From: a virus | Length of the DNA: 55,457 nucleotides | Strand: one strand, 5' to 3' | IMG/VR virus record: IMGVR_UViG_3300009156_000034 | Span: 1-55,457 of that record | Shown here: piece by piece, positions 14,582 to 24,307 of the stretch | Layout: each line of letters opens with the position of its first letter | Numbering within the stretch: the stretch's first letter is position 1 | The notes under the pieces: generated by a model | The model's input: only the letters and a program-made list of their open reading frames with translations | Databases searched by the model: none | Told to the model about the DNA's origin: nothing | Translations under genes and position numbers: made by a program

Positions 14582-14829
14582 GCCTCATCTAACACACAGA
14601 CGTTTTCAAACTTCTTGTAGGCGTCGATATAGGTAACCTTTGCATCACCGTTATAGGTGACCTCGTAGTACATCTGGTCTGGAAGAGTGGTGCTGATGAG
14701 GCACTTCCAGTTCTGGAGTGTCTTGGCGAACCAGACCACGTAGACCTCAAAGTCCACTGGTTCGTCAGACTTATCGAGCTTCCCCAAGATGTAGCTATGA
14801 ACCAATGCCTTAGCTTTTGTCTGATACAT
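14578..14829 (-). CDS. Hypothetical protein (83 aa) in a low-GC patch
   Basis: Clean ORF, visibly less GC-rich than its neighbours. VVWFAKTLQNWKCLISTTLPDQMYYEVTYNGDAKVTYIDAYKKF resembles small proteins I associate with low-GC Gram-positive phages. Confidence 0.6.
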   Translation of the reverse strand: MYQTKAKALVHSYILGKLDKSDEPVDFEVYVVWFAKTLQNWKCLISTTLPDQMYYEVTYNGDAKVTYIDAYKKFENVCVLDEA

Positions 14830-14853
14830 GCTTCTCTCCTCTAGTTACCACGG

Positions 14854-15501
14854 CTACCAGGGCCTAGGTCCCCACTTAGCCTCGAAAGCCAACGTGTCCC
14901 TCCCGATCACTTCCGCAGCCCACGGCCGGCTGCCGGTGAACTCGTTCGGGTGGATGTTGTGGACATAAAACCCGGGGACGGTCACCATGCCGCCGTTCTT
15001 CCTGGCCTGGAAGTCGATGTCGGTGTCCAGCCACCACCAGGCCATGGCCGGGTCCGGTCGCACCGGGGTCTTGATGTCCAACACAAAAGCCCAACCGGGC
15101 ATCCGTCCTGCGATGTCCCGATCGGGCTCTGACTTGAACCACTGCCTAGTACCACCACCGGAGCAGCCAATGGCGGCTCCGGTTTCTTTCATGCCCGCCA
15201 CTACGGCGTCGTACCAGCCGGCCGGGGGTGGGGCATCGTCACAGAGGAAGGCCACGTACCGGCCACCCATGGACTCCGCTTGCTCCAGCCCCTCCAGCCA
15301 GAGCTGGGCCAGGTTCGGTGGCTGGGTGGGCACGTAGGTGACGCTGACAGCGGTGGTGCCGTACTCCAGGTTAGCCAGGTCTACTGGCGGGTCTGAGGCG
15401 TTGTCCAGGACGAAGATTTCATCCACCTGGGGGGCTACGGCCGCGACGGTTTGGTGCAGTAGCTCAGGTCGGTTGTGGGTGATGATGACCGCACATTTCA
15501 C
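14854..15501 (-). CDS. Family-2 (GT-A) glycosyltransferase
   Basis: VKCAVIITHNRPELL and VLDNASD. The GTG at 15501 overlaps the upstream stop (GTGA); the longest ORF reaches 15549. Confidence 0.7.
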   Translation of the reverse strand: MKCAVIITHNRPELLHQTVAAVAPQVDEIFVLDNASDPPVDLANLEYGTTAVSVTYVPTQPPNLAQLWLEGLEQAESMGGRYVAFLCDDAPPPAGWYDAVVAGMKETGAAIGCSGGGTRQWFKSEPDRDIAGRMPGWAFVLDIKTPVRPDPAMAWWWLDTDIDFQARKNGGMVTVPGFYVHNIHPNEFTGSRPWAAEVIGRDTLAFEAKWGPRPW

Positions 15502-16535
15502 GGGTGTTCTATCTTGTACGCCTTCTCCCATGCTTCCCCCCACCTCCACGCTTGGTCCTGGTATGTCTGCGTCGCCATGTACTCTCTGCCGGCCTCAGCC
15601 TGCTCCTTGCGGAGCACGTCATCGGTCAGCAGGAGCTTCAGGTTGGCGTACCACTCCTTCGGGGTGTCGGCCAGCAGGCCACACCCAGACTCCCGGTGAA
15701 GGCGTCGGTACTCCTCCCTAGGTGATCCTACCCAGGGAACCCCCACTGCCATCTGTTCTATTGCCTTGAGTCGTGACTTGGAGGTGTTGAACGCGGTGGA
15801 GGCCAACGGTGCCAGGCCCACGTCGAAGGTGGCGGCGATGGTCTGTGCCCAGATGTTCAGCGGCACGGAGCCGACCGTATCCACCTCGTCCTTCAGGCGA
15901 GCTGCTAGCTTCACCTGGGACTTGCCACCCACCACCTTGAACGGGAAGCCCTCGTCAATCAACTTCTGGATCATGCCGCCGAGGACCTGGAGATCGTTCG
16001 GGTGTGACTTGGTGGTCCCGGCCCAGCCGAAGCACCCGGTCTCCGGCTTCTCGATCCCCAGGTACGCCCGGGGGACGTAGTTGTCCAGTACTTCACCCCG
16101 GCCGTGTCTGGCGTACACCTTCTGGAGCGCCCTGGTGGAGGTGGTCACGTAGGTGGCCGCCTTGCAGGACTCAATGGCGTAGTTCCAGGAGAACGGGGTG
16201 TTGGAGCGGGGCCGGTACGTCTCAAAGGCGACGTTGTTCGGGTGGATGGAGGACATGTCGTCGTCCATATCCACCACCACGGCGATCCCATTAGCCCGCA
16301 TCATTTGAATCATCTGTGGCTGAAGCGGGTGAGCAGGGCGTTGGAGCACGATCACGTCAGCGTCGGCGGGAACACTCACCGAGGCAAGCTGCTGCGACCC
16401 ATCCTCCTTGGTTCCTACCTTGGCCAGGAAGCCGGTCTTCTCGTTGGGCGGCATGATGTTCACGTCATGGCCCTGCTTACGGAGAACATCAGCCGGCCAG
16501 ATCAGGCGGTCAATAGTGGCCACACCCGTACGCAT
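15498..16535 (-). CDS. GT-B fold (GT1/GT4-like) glycosyltransferase
   Basis: Two-lobed pattern. The C-terminal lobe reads GWAGTTKSHPNDL..FKVVGG..DVGLAPL..NTSKSRLKAIEQMAVGVPWVGSP. Confidence 0.65.
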   Translation of the reverse strand: MRTGVATIDRLIWPADVLRKQGHDVNIMPPNEKTGFLAKVGTKEDGSQQLASVSVPADADVIVLQRPAHPLQPQMIQMMRANGIAVVVDMDDDMSSIHPNNVAFETYRPRSNTPFSWNYAIESCKAATYVTTSTRALQKVYARHGRGEVLDNYVPRAYLGIEKPETGCFGWAGTTKSHPNDLQVLGGMIQKLIDEGFPFKVVGGKSQVKLAARLKDEVDTVGSVPLNIWAQTIAATFDVGLAPLASTAFNTSKSRLKAIEQMAVGVPWVGSPREEYRRLHRESGCGLLADTPKEWYANLKLLLTDDVLRKEQAEAGREYMATQTYQDQAWRWGEAWEKAYKIEHP

Positions 16536-16585
16536 CAGCGGGGAGGATGTAGACCTTCACTTGGCACCACCTCCTTTCACCTTCA

Positions 16586-17383
16586 TCAGGAAGGCTCACC
16601 CACCAACTGGAAATCTGAGCCAATGTCAAAGTTCCCGGCCTGGGGGAACACGGTCAGGCTGATGTAGGGACCGATGGCGTCGTACACCCCACCACCGTAT
16701 TGGGCGACGAAGGCGGCAACCGCCGTACCTATGGCCTGCGAGCCGTGAAGCCACCCCAGTGCGGTGGAGCTTGGCCCCACAACTTGGGTCACGTCCCAGC
16801 CGACGAAGGTCACTTCACCGGTTCCGAATCTTCCGGTCGGTGTCGATGTCCCCGGGCAAAGCCCAATGACACCTGAGGTCTGGGCACTTGCCGACACAGC
16901 GGTTGGCGTGATGTTGGTTGCCTGCAAATACTCATACGAGTAGACGCCGGCAGAGCTTCCATTGATCCGCAGGTTCATGGTCTGAACCGTGACGGCGTTG
17001 TCGGAGCGCACCCTGTATTGCAGCTTCAAGGTGCGTATGCCGACAGGGATGTTGTTGAAGGTGACCGAGGCCGTGGCACTCGCCATGGTCTGCCTGGCTT
17101 CAAACCTGCCGACCCGCCCAATGATGAAGTTGCCTGAGGGCGGAACCACGATGACGTACACCCGTTGGCCCGACCCGAGACTGCCTATTGTCGAGGTCAT
17201 GTCGATGGGGACTGAGTCACCGTCATAGATGGCACTGATGGCCGTGGGGTCGGCCCCATTGATCACGGTGGCAAGGCGCAGCGCCCACTCAATGCCAAGC
17301 CTCTGAGCATTGTCCACAACGCTTTGAGCCCCGATACCGATAAGGTCCGGGGCTATCTGTGTCGGGTCCAGTTCAGGTTGCAA
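16586..17383 (-). CDS. Minor tail protein (265 aa)
   Basis: Called from its position after the tail genes. Gly/Thr/Ser-rich beta-type sequence. Confidence 0.5.
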   Translation of the reverse strand: MQPELDPTQIAPDLIGIGAQSVVDNAQRLGIEWALRLATVINGADPTAISAIYDGDSVPIDMTSTIGSLGSGQRVYVIVVPPSGNFIIGRVGRFEARQTMASATASVTFNNIPVGIRTLKLQYRVRSDNAVTVQTMNLRINGSSAGVYSYEYLQATNITPTAVSASAQTSGVIGLCPGTSTPTGRFGTGEVTFVGWDVTQVVGPSSTALGWLHGSQAIGTAVAAFVAQYGGGVYDAIGPYISLTVFPQAGNFDIGSDFQLVGEPS

Positions 17384-18437
17384 GGGTTCGCCTCAGCAAA
17401 TGGTTCATGGTGCCGCCTTCCACTAACGCCATCGACCATCCAAGCTCCACCCAGTTGACCCCCTGCCAGCGGATGACGTTGTAGGAGTCGTGGCGAGGAT
17501 CAGGGGCGGTGGTGAGACTGACCCGGGAGAAGACGGCCTGTCGATTGATCAGGCCCTGGGCTACAGCTTGAGCCTGGGTGCTGTCGGATAACTGAAGGTC
17601 CACCACCTCTGGGACAGAGAACCCACGATTGACCTCCGAATGAGGAGCGTTCGGGGGCACCGAGGCGATACCGATTGCTGGTGTGTCAGGGGTGATGGCT
17701 GAGTTGGAGATGACGATTATCTTGTTGGGGGCAACGAGCAGGTCATCATCTTCGATGATGTCTTTCCGCACCACCTTGTTGCCGGCGTCGAAGTTGAAGT
17801 CCGGGACCTTGTCGGCCGGGTCGAAGGTTCGGATGAAGTGCAGCTTGGTGTCGTTACCGAACCAGGGCGAGAACCAGTCGCCGGAGATTGACAAGGACTG
17901 GAGCATGGCACCCCTGTAGGTACCCACTCCCCATGCCTCGGCTGAGATGTAGGGCGAAGCCTCTATGTCCAGAACGACCGGTAGTCCAGTAACAATGGTC
18001 TGGACCACGGTGGCTACATTCTGACCAACCCCGTTGACCCCCACCTCGGTCTGCTGGTCCACCAGGGCCATTTCGTCAGCCAGTGCCGAGCTGCCCAGCT
18101 TCCCTGAAGTGAACACTTCACGGGTGTCGTTGGTCCACATGTAACGACCCAGGGGGTACTCGACCCCGCTGGGGAAGGTCATGAACACGTCAACCCGGTC
18201 ACTGATGGGGTTGACGGCTGCCGTGTCCGCTATTCCCAGCTTGAAGTCCAGCTTGCGTTTGGTGATGCCACTGGTCTCGTGGGTCAGGGTGGCACCACGG
18301 ATCGGGGTAATGTCCCCGAGGTGTTCACCGGTAACCCCGTTGGTGAGGGCGAACCGGAAACTGGCCTTCCGCTGACCGACCCAAGGATCCAAGTCCAGGA
18401 GAGGGTCATGGGGGAAGTTGGTCAGCGGTCCCGTCAT
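17373..18437 (-). CDS. Minor tail protein (354 aa)
   Basis: Called from its position in the tail module; overlaps both neighbours. Confidence 0.55.
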   Translation of the reverse strand: MTGPLTNFPHDPLLDLDPWVGQRKASFRFALTNGVTGEHLGDITPIRGATLTHETSGITKRKLDFKLGIADTAAVNPISDRVDVFMTFPSGVEYPLGRYMWTNDTREVFTSGKLGSSALADEMALVDQQTEVGVNGVGQNVATVVQTIVTGLPVVLDIEASPYISAEAWGVGTYRGAMLQSLSISGDWFSPWFGNDTKLHFIRTFDPADKVPDFNFDAGNKVVRKDIIEDDDLLVAPNKIIVISNSAITPDTPAIGIASVPPNAPHSEVNRGFSVPEVVDLQLSDSTQAQAVAQGLINRQAVFSRVSLTTAPDPRHDSYNVIRWQGVNWVELGWSMALVEGGTMNHLLRRTLAT

Positions 18438-21400
18438 GGGTCCACCGGGCTCGGGGTGTCGGTTACCTCGATGATGCTCACCGGAGCCAGGTACAGCCTC
18501 CGGTCACGCAGCACCCTGCCGGACGGCACGATGACCGTGGACAGCCAGCGGTTCCCATCTTCATCCCGGACGCAGATGTAGCTCACGCTATCCCACGCCA
18601 TGTCACGCAGGGACCGGAAGTCGGCAAGGGTCTCCGGCGAGATGGCAGCCGCCTGCACCAGCACCGTGCGCTGGAATGTCTCACCACCTCGTTCCAGTGG
18701 TCGGAAGGCGGTGAAGAAGTCCCGGTCGTACATGGCCTGGAGCTTGACGAACTCGGACTCCGGGAACGTGAAGTTCTCCTCGACCTGCTGATCCATCCAC
18801 ACTGACGAGTAGGCCAGGTTGATTGATCCGTCTTGTCTCTCATTGGAGGTAAAGATGAGGATATGACCGTCCTCCAGGCAGCCCCCTGAGACGCCCGGAG
18901 CGGGGATGGTGGAGGTGACCGTGGAGGACCATGACCCGTAGAACCCGTACACATCAACGTTCCTGATTCGGTACGAAGACTCAATCCCAACCCGGGCCTC
19001 GTAGTCGTTGAACCCGGTGATGGCGGTGGAGGAGGCCAGCATGATGGTCTGCCAGTCGGTCTCGACCGTGTCCATGCGCTGAAGCTCGTAGGCACCGAAC
19101 CAGTATTGAGGTGGCTTGATGGTCAGGTTGTCGAACAGGTAGGTGTTGCCGGTTCCACCTACGTCACGGATATAAACCCCAGCCAGACTGCCAGTAGTGA
19201 GACCGGTGTCCGTTGTTTCAAGGTTCCACATCGCCGGCTCAGGTTCGCCGGTCACCCATGCCTTGGCTTTGAGTATTGACCCCTTGCCCAGGAACCTGAT
19301 CGTTATGGCACCTCCGGACCCTCCGACTATGGGCAAGGTGACTGGCCCAACGACAAAGTTGAGGACACCGGCAACACGCTTAATGATTGCTATGGCCGTC
19401 GTCCCGGCGTTGTCGATCTCTAACCTGGCGGCGTAATGGTTGTTGATGTCTGTGTATCGGCCAGCCGCTCCGGGTCGAGCCGAGGTCCCAACTACGACAT
19501 TGTTGAGCACCGTGTCAACGGTGACATCAAAGTCTGTACCGACACTGAGGACGGCGAATCTGTCCGCAGAGGACGCCGTGACAACCGACCCCTGAGTCCC
19601 ATTAACTGAAAACTCTGCCGTGCCGACAGGAATCGTATAGGTCCCACCAATGTCAGCATCACCCCACGATCCAGCGGCGACGGTGCGCTCAAAGGCATCA
19701 GTGGCATAACTGGTGTTAGGCGGGAACGGCCAAGTGATCCGGTTGTACACGATGTCGGTGGGTATGCAGCACGGATCAACCCCGCAGTCCTGGCCTATCC
19801 CGGTGATGGCCTGCGAGAAGGTGGTGACTGCGAACCCGGTGATGGTTGGCATGTCCTGGGCGAAGATGATGAAGGCGTCGGAGCTGTTGTCATCGGAAGT
19901 ACCGGTGACCCAGGGGGAGCCCACACCTTGCGGGATCCAGCCCATGTTGATGATGGCCCCAGAAACCGGCTGACCATAGGTGGCTGCACTAAGGAGCTGG
20001 GTGCTGGGGACGAAGTTGAACGGGTTGCCTGGTGTACCGGAGACTGCCGGGGCGCTGGCACCCAGGATCTCCCAGCGGTTCCCGGCCTTCTCGCCGGCAG
20101 CGGACCAGACAAACTGCGGCTGAGTGCCGGCACCCATGGTGGGTGCGGTGTCGAACCGTAGGGTGACCTCCTTCCAGCCGTCGAGGATCTCGTCCAGGGC
20201 GTCAAATTCAACCGGAGTGATGTCCACCGACCGGGTCGCACCTGTGAGGGTCAGGGGAACCGTGGTGTCCCCAAAGCGCCTGGCGATGTAACGGACCCAG
20301 GGCCATGAAGCTGAACCTCCGGCGAGCCCGTCATGGATCTCCTGGGTGACGGTGGCAGTTCCGTACACCTGACCAATGGCCTGGCGACCGTAGACCTGAG
20401 GCTCCACCAAAGGGGCACCAGTGGTCCCGTGCAGGGTCAACTGACCATGTATCGGGGTGTCTACCTTCTCGAAGGTGTCACCGAGCCGGTCAGCGAGCGG
20501 GAACGGTATATCCACCTCTACGCCTGGATGGGAGGGGATGGAGTACAGCTCCCGGAGGCCGTTGATGAGAGGGACGCCGGTCTTGAGGCTGTCGTCGTAG
20601 TCAACCTCACCAGGGTTCACATAGGACAGGGTGGCGGTGTAGTTCCCGATCGCCAGTGACGGGTCAGCGGTGAAGGTCAGGTCCCGCATGGTGATGATGT
20701 TGACGCCTAGGTTGTACGGGTTGAACCGCTTCCCCCCGTACGCCACCCGGTTCTCTTCGCAGTAGATGACCCGCATCGCCAAGTAGTCCAGGGATCCTTC
20801 CGCATTGGTGAGTGCGGCCGGGATCTGGAAGGTGATCCGGATATTCTGTCGGTTGACGTTGGGGAAGCTGGGCTCGAACCGGAGCAGGTCGACGTACCTC
20901 CACGGCATCCGGCTTGTGTCTGCGGCGGTTGGAGCAAGAGTTGGGTCCCAGAAGTTGTTGACATCGCCCAGGTTCAGAACACCGATCACCTGATTGGCAC
21001 CAGGGTTGCCGGAAGAGAAGCCAGGGATGGTTGCCAACTGGGCCAGTGAACCGGCATTGGACAGGAACGCTGGCCCCACAAAGTCGATGTCGGTACCGAG
21101 GTCGTTCCTCTGTTCCACGATGGTGGCAAACGAGCCCGGGTCCGGATTCACGAACGGGATGTTGTCCCCGAGGGCATTGGTGTCCGTCAGGTACCCGGCG
21201 TAGAGCAGGGACACGTTCAGGATCCGCTTGTTGGCCAGCATCGGACCTGCGGAACTGACGTTGAACCAGAAACTCACCCGCTGGGCGCTACCTGCGTTGT
21301 TCAGGAAGCGGATCCGCTTAGAGGCCAGTCCTGGCTGGGCTACAGCGTCGGCAGCATTGTCGCCGAAGACGGTGACGTTTGAGCCGGTGACGGCACCCAG

Positions 21401-21673
21401 GGAAACCGGGATGATGACCTGCTTGATTGGGCCGGTGAGATCCTCCAGGCCGGCTGGATAGATGTTGACCAGTGCAGTCTGAAAGGCGTTCTGGGCAGCC
21501 GGTAACTGGGTGGTGTAGAACCGGGCGTCACGAACAGTGCGGGCGGTATCCAGTCGGAACGATGTTCCTAGCTCAATGGCGTTAACGGCCGGGGAGAATG
21601 GCAGGTTCTCTTCCCGGATCGGTACGAACTCCTGACCCAGGATCTGCGGCACGTAGGGGTTGTAGCTACCCAT
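18434..21673 (-). CDS. Large tail protein (1079 aa) with a jelly-roll/LamG-like region, an FN3-like region and a Dit-like C-terminus
   Basis: Starts 2 nt after the tape-measure stop. Internal segment ..YAARLEIDNAGTTAIAIIKRV..GVYIRDVGGTGNTYLFDNLTI (lectin-like), then an FN3-like stretch, then a C-terminal ~200 aa that resemble distal tail proteins. Confidence 0.55.
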   Translation of the reverse strand: MGSYNPYVPQILGQEFVPIREENLPFSPAVNAIELGTSFRLDTARTVRDARFYTTQLPAAQNAFQTALVNIYPAGLEDLTGPIKQVIIPVSLGAVTGSNVTVFGDNAADAVAQPGLASKRIRFLNNAGSAQRVSFWFNVSSAGPMLANKRILNVSLLYAGYLTDTNALGDNIPFVNPDPGSFATIVEQRNDLGTDIDFVGPAFLSNAGSLAQLATIPGFSSGNPGANQVIGVLNLGDVNNFWDPTLAPTAADTSRMPWRYVDLLRFEPSFPNVNRQNIRITFQIPAALTNAEGSLDYLAMRVIYCEENRVAYGGKRFNPYNLGVNIITMRDLTFTADPSLAIGNYTATLSYVNPGEVDYDDSLKTGVPLINGLRELYSIPSHPGVEVDIPFPLADRLGDTFEKVDTPIHGQLTLHGTTGAPLVEPQVYGRQAIGQVYGTATVTQEIHDGLAGGSASWPWVRYIARRFGDTTVPLTLTGATRSVDITPVEFDALDEILDGWKEVTLRFDTAPTMGAGTQPQFVWSAAGEKAGNRWEILGASAPAVSGTPGNPFNFVPSTQLLSAATYGQPVSGAIINMGWIPQGVGSPWVTGTSDDNSSDAFIIFAQDMPTITGFAVTTFSQAITGIGQDCGVDPCCIPTDIVYNRITWPFPPNTSYATDAFERTVAAGSWGDADIGGTYTIPVGTAEFSVNGTQGSVVTASSADRFAVLSVGTDFDVTVDTVLNNVVVGTSARPGAAGRYTDINNHYAARLEIDNAGTTAIAIIKRVAGVLNFVVGPVTLPIVGGSGGAITIRFLGKGSILKAKAWVTGEPEPAMWNLETTDTGLTTGSLAGVYIRDVGGTGNTYLFDNLTIKPPQYWFGAYELQRMDTVETDWQTIMLASSTAITGFNDYEARVGIESSYRIRNVDVYGFYGSWSSTVTSTIPAPGVSGGCLEDGHILIFTSNERQDGSINLAYSSVWMDQQVEENFTFPESEFVKLQAMYDRDFFTAFRPLERGGETFQRTVLVQAAAISPETLADFRSLRDMAWDSVSYICVRDEDGNRWLSTVIVPSGRVLRDRRLYLAPVSIIEVTDTPSPVDP

Positions 21674-21674
21674 G

Positions 21675-23669
21675 TCACATGGTCCTTATCTGGAGTCGGG
21701 TGTTCCGTGCCGCGATGGCGTTGGTGATCCCACGACCGGCTGCCATGCCGGTCATCTGTGCCTGCTCCTGTGTAGGTACTGCTCCCTCAAAGCCCACCCT
21801 CACTGAGCCCGGACCGAAGATGATGTTTCCTGTCGCCTGGGAGCTGGCGGCGGCGAGGGCTGGGGTCTCCATCTGCATACCGGTGATCAGTCGCTGGATG
21901 ATCCTCTGTCCACCCTTGAGTGGATCACCCTCGCCGGAGAGGGGTCCGATCTTGGCGGGAGATTTGGGAAGACTGTCACCGATCTCGGCACCAACAGCGA
22001 ACATGGCGAACCGGAGTGGCCCAGGAATGGTGTCCAGGATTCCCTGAGCCATCCTCTGGACGAAAGTCCTGCCCGCGTTGTACATGAAGGTACCTATGTT
22101 GGCGATAATGTCCCTCAGTCGGTCAGGTATCCCGATAACCAGTTGTCTGATGGTTTCGAGTCTTTCTGCAACTGCCTGCCTGGCCATCTCGAAGGCTGCT
22201 GTGAAGGCACCGTAGACTCTCGGCCCCGATGACCTTACCCACTCGATGAACCCTTCAACGATGTTGGGGATCGTCTCAGTGAAGAACTTTCCGATCCCTA
22301 TGACAAGGAACGCTAGGAAGTCGCCAATGTACTTCAGAATGGCGAGCCATGACAGGAACCCTCCTATGAGGATGACTGCTACGACAGTAAGGCTGAGAAG
22401 CAGTCCCAAGAGAGCCCTGATGCTGTCTTTACCGAAGTCGGTCTTGAGGAAGATGATGATTTGATCAATCAGGAACATGAGCTGATCAATCATCTCCTTG
22501 CCGCCTGCCTCGTCAACCACCTGAGCAAACACCTTCAATGCCTCGATGGTCTTACCCAGAAACGCCCATGTTGCCTTCAGGGTCTCCTTCATGTCTTCGA
22601 GCCAGGCCAGGAACTCCTTATCTGCCGACAAACCCGAAAGCCATTTGCCGAAGTCGGCAATGCCCTTAGCGACCCCGGCACCGAACCAGTCCAGGAAAGG
22701 TTTCACCGCTATGCCAAGCTCAGTGAAGCCTTCAAGAAGGGAGAGCAGGGCGGGGCCAAGAGCCTGGATCCATTTTTCAGTTGAGTCGATAAGACCTTTG
22801 AAGAACTCCTGGAACCGGGGGTACTCGAAGAAGGCCACCAACTGACTGAACAAGAGGCCGAACGCGGTGCTGAGCTTGTCCACCGCCAGGACCAGGTTAA
22901 ACCGCATGAACTTGGCGAAGCTGGCAAGCACTGTGCCGAACGCAGTGAAGAAGTTTCGCTGAGCCAGGTCACTGAGATCGTTGAAGAGTTCCCTCAGTGG
23001 CAGCAGGCTCCGGATGAACTTCTGTAGCGGTGGGCTTAGCCCCTCAAGTGCCTTCTCGAACTCCTTCGGGGTCTTGGCAGAGAAGGCTTTAGCTATTGCC
23101 TCACCCACACCCCTGAAGGCAAGAAACAGGACTCCCGCCTGTAGGGCAATGGCACCGATGAGGCTCGGGATTAGGTACAGCAGAGAGATCAGGCCGTTGA
23201 CCGCCTGTACCGCAGCAGCGATCAGGGCACCAATGGCACCGATGAACGGGAGCAGGAGGACGATCAGGGGTCCACGGCCGGAGACGTTGAACCCGGCACC
23301 GATGCCGGAACTTACCGCATCACCGACCCCTCGCTCCAGGGTGTCGAGGGGGCCACCAGGCTTGAAGACCCGAGAGAAGGCTCGTTCGATCTCATCCGGG
23401 ATCAGGCCCTCGTCAACGTCGAAGTCGACATCCGCCTTGATCTTCCGTTTGCCGAACTCCCGCTCCACGGACCTGGCAATGCCCGGGATCCGGCTCTTGA
23501 GACGCCCCCCCATACCGTCAGCCATGGCATCACCCATGTCGCGGCCGGCGTCCCTGAGATCATCGTCAGCGGCCTCGGCTCCCCTGCGGACACCTCTTTC
23601 AAGCTCACCGGGAACAGCAGAGGTGTCGGCATGGGCCTCTACCCAAACCCTGCCGGCTGGCAGCGTCAC
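21675..23669 (-). CDS. Tape measure protein (664 aa)
   Basis: Sits downstream of the chaperone pair. Long helical, Gly/Ala/Ile/Leu-rich sequence with several hydrophobic segments. Confidence 0.8.
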   Translation of the reverse strand: MTLPAGRVWVEAHADTSAVPGELERGVRRGAEAADDDLRDAGRDMGDAMADGMGGRLKSRIPGIARSVEREFGKRKIKADVDFDVDEGLIPDEIERAFSRVFKPGGPLDTLERGVGDAVSSGIGAGFNVSGRGPLIVLLLPFIGAIGALIAAAVQAVNGLISLLYLIPSLIGAIALQAGVLFLAFRGVGEAIAKAFSAKTPKEFEKALEGLSPPLQKFIRSLLPLRELFNDLSDLAQRNFFTAFGTVLASFAKFMRFNLVLAVDKLSTAFGLLFSQLVAFFEYPRFQEFFKGLIDSTEKWIQALGPALLSLLEGFTELGIAVKPFLDWFGAGVAKGIADFGKWLSGLSADKEFLAWLEDMKETLKATWAFLGKTIEALKVFAQVVDEAGGKEMIDQLMFLIDQIIIFLKTDFGKDSIRALLGLLLSLTVVAVILIGGFLSWLAILKYIGDFLAFLVIGIGKFFTETIPNIVEGFIEWVRSSGPRVYGAFTAAFEMARQAVAERLETIRQLVIGIPDRLRDIIANIGTFMYNAGRTFVQRMAQGILDTIPGPLRFAMFAVGAEIGDSLPKSPAKIGPLSGEGDPLKGGQRIIQRLITGMQMETPALAAASSQATGNIIFGPGSVRVGFEGAVPTQEQAQMTGMAAGRGITNAIAARNTRLQIRTM

Positions 23670-23725
23670 GACACCACCCCTCCAAGCCAGTGGTGCGGGC
23701 AGTTAGCCTATGCGCCGCAGGCTCA

Positions 23726-24307
23726 TCATAACTGTCCGGCCATCTTAAGGAAGGCATTGGCCGACATTTCCATCTCCTCCTCGGGCACCTCCACATCGGC
23801 GGGGGCTGCCTCCAGCCTCATGGAGAACATCGTCGTGTCCTTCGGGTCCATGCTGTGAAGAATGACCAATAGCAAAACGTCAAGCCACCCGGACAGGGAC
23901 ATCCGGGTGGCGTCTACTTTGAGCATCTCCCCGCTGAGAATGTGCCAGGACTCCTTGGCTATCCCAATGAGCCGCAGGGTGACCCACCACGGCCTACCGG
24001 AGGCCGTACTGACCACCTCCAGGCACACCTCGTACAACTCCTCCAGGCTCAGAGTGGAGTCAAAGAGCATGTCCTCGGCGGCCGGGAGCATCTCGTCAAT
24101 GAAGTCGTCCAGGGTTAGCTCGGCCTGCATCAGCACCGCGAGCCAGTCCACCGCTGGCAGGGCTGGGATCTCTAGCTTGCGCCCGTAGATCTCGACGCTG
24201 ACCGGCCACGGCTTCAGGGACCAGATCGGGTCCTTGTTCAGTTTCGGGATGGTGACCCTGGTGGACTCTGGACTGGGACTAGCTCCGCTTGGTCGGCGGC
24301 CTGCCAC
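23726..24307 (-). CDS. Tail assembly chaperone, distal ORF (T-like)
   Basis: Overlaps the 3' end of the upstream chaperone by 29 nt in the +1 frame. A GTG with GAGGG 7 nt upstream allows independent initiation. Confidence 0.5.
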   Translation of the reverse strand: MAGRRPSGASPSPESTRVTIPKLNKDPIWSLKPWPVSVEIYGRKLEIPALPAVDWLAVLMQAELTLDDFIDEMLPAAEDMLFDSTLSLEELYEVCLEVVSTASGRPWWVTLRLIGIAKESWHILSGEMLKVDATRMSLSGWLDVLLLVILHSMDPKDTTMFSMRLEAAPADVEVPEEEMEMSANAFLKMAGQL

